DNA of 46,761 bases, taken from contig CAZUDQ010000011.1 of assembly GCA_964619365.1 (NCBI GenBank), positions 1-46,761 on the forward strand, in the 5' to 3' direction. Within the stretch, counting starts at the first letter, position 1; each line of letters begins with the position of its first letter. Of this stretch, positions 36,971 through 46,381 are shown one piece after another. Made by a program: the position numbers and the translations under genes. This DNA is from an uncultured archaeon. GTDB taxonomy: Archaea; Altiarchaeota; Altiarchaeia; JAFGQM01. The notes beneath the pieces are model-generated. The model saw only the letters and a list, made by a program, of their open reading frames with translations. It did not search any database and was not told the DNA's origin.

Positions 36971-38455
36971 ATGACCTCAATTAAGATATTCGATACGACT
37001 CTTAGAGACGGCGAGCAGACGCCCGGAGTATCATTAAACAAAGATGATAAGCTGGCAATAGCAGCTATGCTTTCAGATATGGGTGTCAATATTATTGAGG
37101 CGGGATTCCCGCGCGTTTCAGAAGGGGATTTTAATGCCGTCAAGGCAATGGTGGAGTCAGGCTTTAAGTCAACTATCTGCGGATTTGGAAGGTGTGTCCC
37201 CGAAGATATTGATGCATGTGTTGATACGGGATGCTCATGGATGCATATATTCATAGGGACAAGTCCCTTACATAGAGAATTCAAACTGAATATGTCTAAG
37301 GACGAGATTCTAAAAAAGGCAGTAGACTCAATTACATACGCAAAAGAAAGAGGTTTAAACGTCCATTTTTCGCCTGAAGATGCATGCAGAACAGAATTCG
37401 ACTACTTAATGGAGTTTTGCAAGGCAATAGAAGATGCCGGCGCAAAGATAATCGATATACCTGATACTGTGGGCATCATGATTCCTGAATCAATGTTCCG
37501 ATTGATATCAGATATAAAAAAAGAGATAAAAGTACCGCTAGCGTCCCATTGTCATAACGATTACGGGCTTGCAGTTGCAAACACGGTCTTTGCAGTAAAG
37601 GCAGGTGTTGAGTACCCCCATACTACGATAAACGGCCTGGGTGAGCGCGCAGGCAACGCAGATATGGCAGAAGTGTCAATGATACTTGAGCGCCTGGAAG
37701 GTATTGGGACCGGAATAAATTCAAGAAAGCTAGTTGAAGCCTCTCGCCTGGTTGAATCTTTATCCGGAGTGCGTGTAATGCCAAATTACCCCATAGTCGG
37801 TGAAAACGCATTTGCGCATGAATCAGGGATTCACGTCCATGGATTATTGAAAAATACGGGGACATATGAACCCTTTGAACCCGAGCTTGTCGGCGCAAGA
37901 AGACGCTTAGTCCTAGGAAAGCATGTCGGCGCCCACGGCGTATCAGCAAAGCTTAACGAGTTAAGCATCAAAGCAAGTCCTGAGCAGTTAAAGGAGATAA
38001 CTAAAAAGGTCAAGGAGCTTGGCGACAAGCGCAAGAAAGTCACAGAAGAAGACTTAAAGGCAATAGCGCAGGGGATAATTGGCATGTTGCCTAAGGAAGC
38101 CCGCGCAGTCGACTTAACCGGCCTTGAGATAATAAGTAAACTTGGAGAGCCCCCTGTAGCCAAAGTCACGCTTGTTGTCCATGGAAAGAAAAAGATTGCA
38201 GAAGCAAAGGGAGTCGGACCTGTCGATGCCAGTCTTAACGCGATTAAAAAAGCGGCAGAAGAATATGCAGATATCAGTCTTGATGAGTTCCGCCTTGACG
38301 CTATAACAGGTGGTTCTGACGCTCTGGCTGAAGTGACAGTAAAGCTCTCTGAAAAAGGAAAGCCTGCGACATTTTCACATGGCGTCCATGAAGACATAAA
38401 CATGGCGGCGGCAATAGCTTTTGTAAACGGCATAAACCGTCTTCTTTCAAAATAG
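36971..38455 (+). CDS. leuA: 2-isopropylmalate/citramalate synthase family protein (LeuA/CimA) with regulatory domain
   Basis: DTTLRDGEQTPG, HCHNDYGLAVAN, NGLGERAGNA, HESGIH, GVGPVDA. LeuA versus CimA cannot be resolved by eye. Confidence 0.85.
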   Translation: MTSIKIFDTTLRDGEQTPGVSLNKDDKLAIAAMLSDMGVNIIEAGFPRVSEGDFNAVKAMVESGFKSTICGFGRCVPEDIDACVDTGCSWMHIFIGTSPLHREFKLNMSKDEILKKAVDSITYAKERGLNVHFSPEDACRTEFDYLMEFCKAIEDAGAKIIDIPDTVGIMIPESMFRLISDIKKEIKVPLASHCHNDYGLAVANTVFAVKAGVEYPHTTINGLGERAGNADMAEVSMILERLEGIGTGINSRKLVEASRLVESLSGVRVMPNYPIVGENAFAHESGIHVHGLLKNTGTYEPFEPELVGARRRLVLGKHVGAHGVSAKLNELSIKASPEQLKEITKKVKELGDKRKKVTEEDLKAIAQGIIGMLPKEARAVDLTGLEIISKLGEPPVAKVTLVVHGKKKIAEAKGVGPVDASLNAIKKAAEEYADISLDEFRLDAITGGSDALAEVTVKLSEKGKPATFSHGVHEDINMAAAIAFVNGINRLLSK

Positions 38456-38466
38456 GATAAGAAAGA

Positions 38467-39117
38467 ATGGGAAAACTTCTTGCGGGGGTAGATGAGGCCG
38501 GGCGCGGTCCTGTACTGGGTCCAATGGTATTTGCAGTCGCAGTAATGGACGAGTCAAGACTTGGCGAACTTGAAGAGCTGGGCGTTACAGATTCTAAACT
38601 CATACCAAAAGAGAAAAGAGAAGAGCTCCTGCCAGTTTTAAACGAGATATGTGTGGAGTATAAGGAACTCAGCGTCAGCGCAAAAGAAATAACTGAGTGG
38701 ATGTGTGGGGCTTCCTTAAACGACCTTGAGCAGGTAAAGACAATAGAGTTACTAGACTCCTTAGAGTGCACGCCCCATAAATGTATTGTGGATTGTCCCG
38801 ATCCTGTCGCGTCACGCTATGGTGAAGGAATAAGCGCCCTTCTAAAAAAAGATACCCAAATAATATCAGAACACAAAGCAGATCTTAATCACCGTATAGT
38901 TGGTGCCGCCTCGATTCTTGCCAAAGTAACGCGTGACTCGGCAATTGAAGAACTCTCTAAGGAACACGGGGAGCTGGGGTGTGGGTATCCAAGTGACCCA
39001 AAAACCCAGGCCTGGATTGCGTTACAATGGGAGAAAAATAAAAGCTTTCCAGATTTTGTCAGGATGCGTTGGGCAACAATTCGAAGGCTTGCCCAGACGT
39101 CCCTTGACGATTTTTAG
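38467..39117 (+). CDS. rnhB: Ribonuclease HII
   Basis: GVDEAGRGPVLGP, DSK, AASILAKV.RD, GYPSDP; C-terminal PIP-box-like QTSLDDF. Confidence 0.97.
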   Translation: MGKLLAGVDEAGRGPVLGPMVFAVAVMDESRLGELEELGVTDSKLIPKEKREELLPVLNEICVEYKELSVSAKEITEWMCGASLNDLEQVKTIELLDSLECTPHKCIVDCPDPVASRYGEGISALLKKDTQIISEHKADLNHRIVGAASILAKVTRDSAIEELSKEHGELGCGYPSDPKTQAWIALQWEKNKSFPDFVRMRWATIRRLAQTSLDDF

Positions 39118-40055
39118 TCACTTACTCCATTCTCAGTTATTGAGAATAGGCATTCTGCTTCCGGAAGGTGTGGTGAATCGACAAGTTTTGCAACACGCTT
39201 ATCAGCCTTTCCTTTCCTTAGATATAATCTGAATGTGCTTTTGTGCCCCACTATGTGCCCTCCGATTGGTGCTGTTGGATCACCAAACAAAAGGCCGGGC
39301 TGTGCCATGACTTGGTTTGTGATAACAACTGGCAGGTTCCGTGAGTCTGCTATCTTGCCAAGTGTTGCCAGATGGCGGTTTAGCTTCTGCTGTCTATCTG
39401 CAAGTGTCCCACGACCAACATATTCGCTTCTGAAATGTCCCATCAGGGAATCAACAACTATCAGCTTTATGTTCTCTGTTTTTGCCATTTCGCCTGCTTT
39501 TTCTGCCAAAAGCATTTGATGGTCGCTATTATAGGCTTTTCCCACCATGATATTTGCAAGGGCTTCTTCAGTATCAAGATTAAGTGCGCTTGCCATCTGG
39601 TTTATCCTTTCTGGCCTAAACGTACCTTCAGTATCAATATAAAGCGCTTTCCCATCTAGACCCCCTTCTGAGACTGGGAGCTGTACGTTTACTGATAACT
39701 GATGAGTAAGCTGGGTTTTACCTGCCGCAAATTTCCCATAGAGTTCGGTTATTGCCTGTGATTCTACTCCACCCCCTAGTATCTTATTGAATTCGGAGCT
39801 TCCAGTAGTTAGTTTTCCTACCAGCTCACGTTTTTTCATAACCTCTGTACCAGTCTCAAAACCCATATCACACGAGTCCTGAGCCGCCATGATAAGTTTT
39901 TTTGCCGCGGCTTCACCCATTCCTGTCGCGTCTCTTAATTCGCCGACAGATGCCGCCGCAATCGACATGACGTCTTTATATCCAGCTTCCCCTAACTTGT
40001 CAACCATTGCTGGCCCAACACCGGGTAGGTCCTCTATTTTTTGTACTTTTGCCAT
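39114..40055 (-). CDS. radA: DNA repair and recombination protein RadA
   Basis: N-terminal HhH IEDLPGVG, Walker A G..AAGKTQ, YIDTEGTFRPER, RGTLADRQQKL. Start could be 40055 or 40073. Confidence 0.97.
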   Translation of the reverse strand: MAKVQKIEDLPGVGPAMVDKLGEAGYKDVMSIAAASVGELRDATGMGEAAAKKLIMAAQDSCDMGFETGTEVMKKRELVGKLTTGSSEFNKILGGGVESQAITELYGKFAAGKTQLTHQLSVNVQLPVSEGGLDGKALYIDTEGTFRPERINQMASALNLDTEEALANIMVGKAYNSDHQMLLAEKAGEMAKTENIKLIVVDSLMGHFRSEYVGRGTLADRQQKLNRHLATLGKIADSRNLPVVITNQVMAQPGLLFGDPTAPIGGHIVGHKSTFRLYLRKGKADKRVAKLVDSPHLPEAECLFSITENGVSD

Positions 40056-40065
40056 TTCCTTTTCC

Positions 40066-41856
40066 TTAGTCATCAAGACTTATTTCTTCGATTTTTATCT
40101 CTTCGTCTGGAAGTGGGGACTCGTCGTCTTTTAGGACCTCTTTAGCGACATCATCAGGGATATCATTTCCTATTGACTTTTCTTGTGGGGATGAGCGTTT
40201 TATATTGGATATTGCAGACACCATAAGTTCAAGGCTGTCTTGGTAGTCATTATAGCGTATGTGGCCGCTTATCTGTATCTCTGAACCAAGAAGAATATCC
40301 TTTATTCTCCTTGAAGGTTCGAGTTCATCGCCGCTTTCCCCTATGATATTAAGTGCATCAGGCACACTTAGCCCACAGAGTTCTTCAGCGGCGTCTCGAT
40401 AGAAGACGGCGCGTATACTACCCGTATCATCCTTTATGGTACAGGAAATAACCATACAGTATGCAGGGCTTGCTTCACCACAAAGGTCACAAAGCCATTC
40501 TCCTGCGACATTTTCTATCCTTGAGCCGCACTCAGAGCAGACTTCAAACATTATGGTAGATTCTGAAACATCGCTTATGAGTCCTGAAATACTGATGTTT
40601 CTTTCATCTGGCCCCAGTTCTGATATCTTCTTTTCAGTAGAATGTTTTGCTATGAGATGAGGCATCTCACCAATTTCGATTCCGCTTGGATTGACTTGCA
40701 GACTCCCTCTGCTTGAAAGATGAATTTCAGCCTCGCCATTCATGTTTTGTTTCGAATAAGCGTTCTTAATTAGGACAATATCGCCCTGAGTCAAATCCTT
40801 TGCAATATCTGCCTTTTCGTTCCAGAGAACCGCCCTTGTAATACCTGTTTCATCAACAAGGATAAGGGGGAGCAGTTTTCCAGTCCTTCCGTTAGCTTCA
40901 AATTCCCTTGGCGGTAAAATTCTCATGAGTCTTGCGGCTACCGAGAAATTGCCGGATTCGGGTGTAACTTCTGCTATCTTAAGTGATTTTTCAGAGCCGT
41001 CATGGTATTCTTCGACGTTTATCTGGGCATCAGAAGGTATCATCCTGCCTCGTGAGCCTATATGCAGTTCCGAGCCGCGTTCACCCGTCCTGACTTGCGC
41101 GTTTTCCAGTTTTACAATATCACCCTCATTAAATCGCTCCATAAGGTCTGCTGCTGCGTCCCATAACACTGCACGGGTCTTTCCTGCATCGTCTGCTAAT
41201 ATCAAACTTGCGCGCTGACCTGTTTTGCCGTCGTTTCGCTGGAACTCTGATTTTGGATATGCATAAAGTATTTTACCATGGACTGAGACAATTTCACCTT
41301 CCTCAAGCTCACTCGTCTTCTTTACATTTTCAAGAATTTCAGGAATATCTAAGTCACCGGAAGTTTTGGGATCAATTATGATACGTGAGAGTCCCCCCAC
41401 ATGAACTTCGGGTTCTCCGTTTAAGGACTCTTTGGTGTATGCGTTCCTGACATGAAGAATCTTTCCGAGTGACAACTTGTCACTTGCGGCAATCTCGGCG
41501 TTTTTGTCCCAAAGAATAACATGTACTTCACCTGTGGAATCAACAAGGACTATCCTTGCGACTTGTCCTGATCTTTTTGGAGTCGTGAATTTCTTTATGG
41601 GGCGGATTTCTTTTATTGCACCCACCACACTCACGTTGCTCATGTTCTTTTTGAGCTCTGAGATGGCAGTGCATTCCTCTATTGAGGGGCTGGAATTTCC
41701 TGTGACGCCATATTCTTTTTCTAAGGCGTAGACTGCCCCCAAATCCGTAAGGAGTCCTGCTGCGTCCTCCTTCTTTTTCTCTAGTGCTTCCCTAATCTCT
41801 TCTTCACTAAGGCCACTTGCCTCACTGATATTCTTTAACCTGTCTTCTAGAGTCAT
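40066..41856 (-). CDS. rpa: Replication protein A (multiple OB folds, Zn finger, acidic tail)
   Basis: Repeated L.D.TG....LW OB motifs; CSEC...CDLC; tail EEIKIEEISLDD; directly upstream of radA. Confidence 0.92.
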   Translation of the reverse strand: MTLEDRLKNISEASGLSEEEIREALEKKKEDAAGLLTDLGAVYALEKEYGVTGNSSPSIEECTAISELKKNMSNVSVVGAIKEIRPIKKFTTPKRSGQVARIVLVDSTGEVHVILWDKNAEIAASDKLSLGKILHVRNAYTKESLNGEPEVHVGGLSRIIIDPKTSGDLDIPEILENVKKTSELEEGEIVSVHGKILYAYPKSEFQRNDGKTGQRASLILADDAGKTRAVLWDAAADLMERFNEGDIVKLENAQVRTGERGSELHIGSRGRMIPSDAQINVEEYHDGSEKSLKIAEVTPESGNFSVAARLMRILPPREFEANGRTGKLLPLILVDETGITRAVLWNEKADIAKDLTQGDIVLIKNAYSKQNMNGEAEIHLSSRGSLQVNPSGIEIGEMPHLIAKHSTEKKISELGPDERNISISGLISDVSESTIMFEVCSECGSRIENVAGEWLCDLCGEASPAYCMVISCTIKDDTGSIRAVFYRDAAEELCGLSVPDALNIIGESGDELEPSRRIKDILLGSEIQISGHIRYNDYQDSLELMVSAISNIKRSSPQEKSIGNDIPDDVAKEVLKDDESPLPDEEIKIEEISLDD

Positions 41857-41934
41857 TTCGCCACCCATATATTTCAAAGTACTGTATATAAGAGTGATAA
41901 GTAAGGGAGCGATGGGCGGTGGTTTATCCGGCCC

Positions 41935-42819
41935 CTATTCCATTAGTGCTTCGTCAGGTAAGACTATTGAGAATTTAGTCTCATAATCAAAATCGCCTTC
42001 TGCAATGATGGCTATCTCTGAATCGACAACACCGCTTCCCGCCGGGTTTATTGCATTTGTTTCAAGTTCTATTACAAACTTGACTCTTGCTGGGAGATAG
42101 GTTTTAGTATCTATCCAAATATCCATCTCGATTGCGCGTACTCCTTCACCAAGTGAGGCGCCGTATTGTGAAAAATCACCAACCTGCCCCAAGAAGCCTG
42201 GATCTATCATAGTCAGGAACTCTGCAAGTTCTTCTATGGTGGGTGTAATCTTAACTTTATAAGTTTCCTTACCGTTTATTGTCTCTTTCTTTGACAAATC
42301 AGGTTCAAAGCTCTGCATTAGCTGTGTAATGCTCTCAGAGAATCTTGTTGTATCCCATGAGCCGTTTGGAAGCTCATACATAACCCATTCTTCCCCAACC
42401 TTGTTATAGACCTCGTTGTCAATCATGTAAGATTCTAAAGTGAGGGCTTCACCATCCTCAATTATCGGTTCAAGTGTTATTTTTGAATACATGCGCTTGT
42501 TTTCTTCATCAACCCTCATAAGCCCGCTAAATGGTATTGAGAACTGGACGCCTCCTGCATCCATCTCAAGAGAACCCTGGAAATTTACCGATTCTGTCGG
42601 GACTTTAGATGCTACAGCTTCAGCTTGAACCAAAAGAGCTCTTGCATCAGATACATTTGAACCCGATGGGCCTGAGAATATGGCAAAAAGGACTGCTATG
42701 ATAAGAATTACGGCTATTGCCACAAGGATGATTCCACCCTTGTTTGGACTTGGAAGTGTGTTTGTCGACGAATTCCTGTAATTGTTCCCGCTTATACTGG
42801 GCTTTCTTTCCTTAGGCAT
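41935..42819 (-). CDS. N-terminally anchored LolA/LppX-like (DUF6612-like) protein
   Basis: TM after a basic leader; Y..DNEVY.K..E.W, ETINGKETYKV, IWIDTKTYLP, FDYETKFSIVLP. Confidence 0.65.
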   Translation of the reverse strand: MPKERKPSISGNNYRNSSTNTLPSPNKGGIILVAIAVILIIAVLFAIFSGPSGSNVSDARALLVQAEAVASKVPTESVNFQGSLEMDAGGVQFSIPFSGLMRVDEENKRMYSKITLEPIIEDGEALTLESYMIDNEVYNKVGEEWVMYELPNGSWDTTRFSESITQLMQSFEPDLSKKETINGKETYKVKITPTIEELAEFLTMIDPGFLGQVGDFSQYGASLGEGVRAIEMDIWIDTKTYLPARVKFVIELETNAINPAGSGVVDSEIAIIAEGDFDYETKFSIVLPDEALME

Positions 42820-42820
42820 C

Positions 42821-43798
42821 TTAAATTATCCCCCCTACATCTATTGCATTCTTAGCTTCATCAGGTAATGTTATGTCAACAGGGGTGTTCCACACTGCGC
42901 TTAAATCAAAACTTATTGACATTGTTATATCGCCCATAGCGGGCAGTCCGAGTTCTGACCCATCGCCCATATTCATTTTAATGTCTCCCTGTACACTCAC
43001 AGGCAAGCTGCTTGTCTTGTCAATGAGAACTGTCATATCACTTATCTCAACCATCTTTGCGAATTCAGAGACTGCGTCTTTGATGTCTGATTCATTTAGT
43101 CCAAAAGACTCAAAATCCTCGCCACCCATACTAATGACATATTCCATAATGGTCTTTATGTCGGGATCAAGTGTGACAACATAGGCTTCAGAACCTTTAT
43201 AGTTTGTTGTTCCAGTTACTTGCCCGTTTGATGAAGTGATTAATTTTATTAAGAAAGTGGCGTCCATGAGGTCACTGTTCCAATCGCTTGGCACTTCTTG
43301 CCTGACCCATATAGTGTTACCATCAAGGTCAGGGCTTTCCGAATAAATCTCATCGCCCAGTATAAATGTAGTAAAACTTGTTTGTCCAAGTCCCGGGATG
43401 CCACTTAGTTCCATTTTCATTTCCATCTCATTTTTTGGAATGTCTATTTTGCTCTCAATTGCAACACTGGCGTTTATTCCTAAACCCATGGCACTTATGC
43501 CCAAGTCTACATCGCCCGATACTTCCGCAGTATTGATACTCGTTGCGGCAATGAGTGTTTTTGCAGTAATTGCGCTAAAACTTGGAACCTGTTCTGATAT
43601 TGTGCCTTGATTATCGGTTAGGATTGCTATTACAACGATTGTGATAAGAATTATTGCGATTATGACAAAAAGACCGATGTACCTAATGTCACGGGCGGGT
43701 TCATTAACATTGGCTACTTTTGCCTGAGCCTTCTTAGGACCACTTGGCTTTGTCCCCTTCTTCTTTTGGACTATTGGTTTTGTCTTTTTTACAGCCAT
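42821..43798 (-). CDS. N-terminally anchored LolA/LppX-like (DUF6612-like) protein, paralog
   Basis: Same layout: GDEIY...W, YKGSEAYVV, LIDKTSSLP, WNTPVDITLPDEA; 1-bp gap to its paralog. Confidence 0.65.
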   Translation of the reverse strand: MAVKKTKPIVQKKKGTKPSGPKKAQAKVANVNEPARDIRYIGLFVIIAIILITIVVIAILTDNQGTISEQVPSFSAITAKTLIAATSINTAEVSGDVDLGISAMGLGINASVAIESKIDIPKNEMEMKMELSGIPGLGQTSFTTFILGDEIYSESPDLDGNTIWVRQEVPSDWNSDLMDATFLIKLITSSNGQVTGTTNYKGSEAYVVTLDPDIKTIMEYVISMGGEDFESFGLNESDIKDAVSEFAKMVEISDMTVLIDKTSSLPVSVQGDIKMNMGDGSELGLPAMGDITMSISFDLSAVWNTPVDITLPDEAKNAIDVGGII

Positions 43799-43847
43799 TC
43801 TTTAGAGCTAGGATTAGTGGATAATATTTGGTTTAAGCGTATAAAAA

Positions 43848-44783
43848 CTATTTTATGACACGTGCTTTTTCATTGTTGGTCTGAGTTGTTAATATTTCAC
43901 CCGCGCTGATTTTAGACCACGCCTCAACAATCTTGTTTCCAGTCCCTTTCTTTGCAAGGGCGACAATCGCGGGTCCCGTTCCTGATAGGCCTGCTGCAAT
44001 AGCGCCAGCCTTCATTGCAATGCGTGTCACCTTTATTGCAAGTTCATTTCCAAGGGCGCTTGAATATATGAGGCCGTTTAAGGTCATTGCGGGATAAAGG
44101 TCGCCGGAGAGTGCAAGATTCCATGCACAGTTTATTTCCTTAGAAAAAGCCTTTGGACTCTCGCGGTCAAAGTCCTTAGTGTATTCCTTTTTTTCTGGAA
44201 CAAGAGCTATGACATCTAAACTTTCAAGGCCGCCTTTTCGTAGAACGTTATTCTTCTGGTTGTCTGTTACGCAAAACCCTCCAAAGTATGTCGCGGAGGT
44301 ATCATCAAGAGCGCCAGTTATTGTTACGCCTGCCGCCTTAGACGCTTCGATGCTAATCCCAAGGACAGTTTCGTCCTGTACAAGGTCTTCGCCAATCATA
44401 AGCTGCTGAATAGAAATCTCCTTATCTATTCTTAGCATCTTGATTTTTCCATGCCTTTTTGCAAGAGCACCAAATGTAGCAAGAGTTGTTGCATTTGCGA
44501 CAATGCTCGAACTTTTAAGTCCACGGGCGATAGGGACCTCAGTTTTAGGAACGGTTATTCTTGCGCCGTATTTATACTCAGGAAACAGTTCTAAGACTTT
44601 TTCCACGCAACCCTCAAAGAGCCTTGGGCACTCAACGCCTTCAGCTGTTATCCTCTTTGAGTCCTCAAGGAGTTCTACAGTAACTTCAGTCTCAAGTCCG
44701 ATTCCAAAAGCGGCGCCTTTACCTGTGGCTATAGCGTTGACAATCGTTGCCGCACCAAAGCAGCGCGCAGTCGCAGAAACCAT
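43848..44783 (-). CDS. aroK: Archaeal (GHMP-family) shikimate kinase
   Basis: GAATIVNAIATGKGAAFGI, PIARGLKSSS, TITGALDD, GLSGTGPA. Confidence 0.93.
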   Translation of the reverse strand: MVSATARCFGAATIVNAIATGKGAAFGIGLETEVTVELLEDSKRITAEGVECPRLFEGCVEKVLELFPEYKYGARITVPKTEVPIARGLKSSSIVANATTLATFGALAKRHGKIKMLRIDKEISIQQLMIGEDLVQDETVLGISIEASKAAGVTITGALDDTSATYFGGFCVTDNQKNNVLRKGGLESLDVIALVPEKKEYTKDFDRESPKAFSKEINCAWNLALSGDLYPAMTLNGLIYSSALGNELAIKVTRIAMKAGAIAAGLSGTGPAIVALAKKGTGNKIVEAWSKISAGEILTTQTNNEKARVIK

Positions 44784-44855
44784 TTTATTATTAAATTATT
44801 AATTAAACCCTTCTTTTGAGCGAGCAGAAATAAAAGGCATAGGTTTTAGCGTATT

Positions 44856-45206
44856 TTAGATTACAAAAGACCGCGCTTTCTTAAGGCTGCCTGATACTCC
44901 AATGACTTTTAGGGCAACCGGAGTCTTGTCTCTGCCCGCACTTGACACAAATGCCAAGGCCATGCGCCCGTCTTCGACATGACTTCTTTCTACCTTTATT
45001 ACCCCTTTCCCCGAATTTTCCTCAAAATCAACGAGTCGCAGGTTCATCTCCGAAACGCCAATCTCGCCATAAAGCGAAAGGGCACCTGACATAATAGCTC
45101 CGCTAAGATCCTCCTTTGACGTGCTTCCTTCCATAAGTTCAAATGCAAGGTATCTATTCTTCTCCCGCCACGCCGGTGGCAGGGGCTTAAGCGCAGTTTT
45201 TACCAT
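44856..45206 (-). CDS. rnp2: Ribonuclease P protein component 2 (Pop5/Rpp14 family)
   Basis: LPP..REKNRYLAFE, LYGEIG, VSGSLKKA. Confidence 0.92.
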   Translation of the reverse strand: MVKTALKPLPPAWREKNRYLAFELMEGSTSKEDLSGAIMSGALSLYGEIGVSEMNLRLVDFEENSGKGVIKVERSHVEDGRMALAFVSSAGRDKTPVALKVIGVSGSLKKARSFVI

Positions 45207-45238
45207 ATCGTTTAATTTAACGTTTATGTAATATTAAT

Positions 45239-46219
45239 ATGGGCGTTAACCTAAAGGACCTTTTTGAAGCAGAGCCCCTAAGCTGGGACAATCTCCGCGG
45301 GGAAAAGATAGGGATAGACGCGATGAATGCGCTATACCAGTTTCTTGCAACAATACGCCAGCCTGACGGCACGCCGCTTATGGGCATATCAGGCGAAATA
45401 ACAAGCCATCTAGCCGGGCTTTTCTACAGGACGACTCGAGTCCTTGAAGCTGGAGTAAAACCAGTTTATGTATTTGACGGAAAACCCCCTGATTTAAAGG
45501 CGCGTGAACTCGCGACAAGAAAGGAAAGAAAGATTATTGCCGAGGAGAAATGGGCACGCGCTAAGGAAGCAGGAGATATTGAAGCGGCCAGGAAATACGC
45601 ACAACAAACATCACGATTTACTCCAGAGATGATAGCTGGCGCAAAAGAGCTTCTTTTGGCAATGGGTGTTCCGATTGTAAACGCCCCTTCCGAAGGCGAG
45701 GTGCAATCTGCCTTTATGGTACAGGAAGGTGACCTATGGGCATCAGCCTCCCAAGACTACGATTCAATTGTCGCAGGATGCCCAAGGACGATTCGCAACT
45801 TAACAATGCAGGAAAAATATTCCTTAGAGCTTTTAGACTTAGAAAAGTGTTTATACCATCTTAGTATAACTCACGAGCAACTGGTTGACCTGGCAATACT
45901 TGTCGGAACCGACTTTAACCCTGGCGGAGTAAAGGGAATCGGCCCTAAAAAAGGCCTGAAAGTAGTAAAAGAGGGAAAGATGAAAGAATACCAAGAAGCC
46001 CTTGGAGACAAGTATGAAATGATTCGCGAGCTCTTTTTGCATCCGCAAACAAGCAAGGATTATTCCCTTGAATGGAAGCCCCCAAACGCGTCAAAAATAG
46101 AGGCGATACTTGTCGAAAAGCATGGCTTCTCAGAAATGCGTATTTCCCGCGGAATAAAGCGTTTAAACGATGCGCATGATAAAAATATAGCGCAGTCTTC
46201 CCTTTCCAATTGGGTTTAA
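45239..46219 (+). CDS. fen: Flap endonuclease 1
   Basis: MGV, IDAMNALYQFL.TIRQPDGTPL, VFDGKPP, APSEGE, SQDYDS, GTDFNPGG; PIP-box-like QSSLSNW. Confidence 0.97.
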   Translation: MGVNLKDLFEAEPLSWDNLRGEKIGIDAMNALYQFLATIRQPDGTPLMGISGEITSHLAGLFYRTTRVLEAGVKPVYVFDGKPPDLKARELATRKERKIIAEEKWARAKEAGDIEAARKYAQQTSRFTPEMIAGAKELLLAMGVPIVNAPSEGEVQSAFMVQEGDLWASASQDYDSIVAGCPRTIRNLTMQEKYSLELLDLEKCLYHLSITHEQLVDLAILVGTDFNPGGVKGIGPKKGLKVVKEGKMKEYQEALGDKYEMIRELFLHPQTSKDYSLEWKPPNASKIEAILVEKHGFSEMRISRGIKRLNDAHDKNIAQSSLSNWV

Positions 46220-46381
46220 TCCAAAACATACTTTACAGGCTCAACCCTCGGGTATGCGAGTCTTGATTTTTTATGACGCAAAAACAAGAGAATTAATACT
46301 AATTATCCCGGCAATATCTCCCAGTGCAAAAAATTACAAAAAAACTAAGCTTTTTATTCTTTATTCGGTTATATTCCCAGC

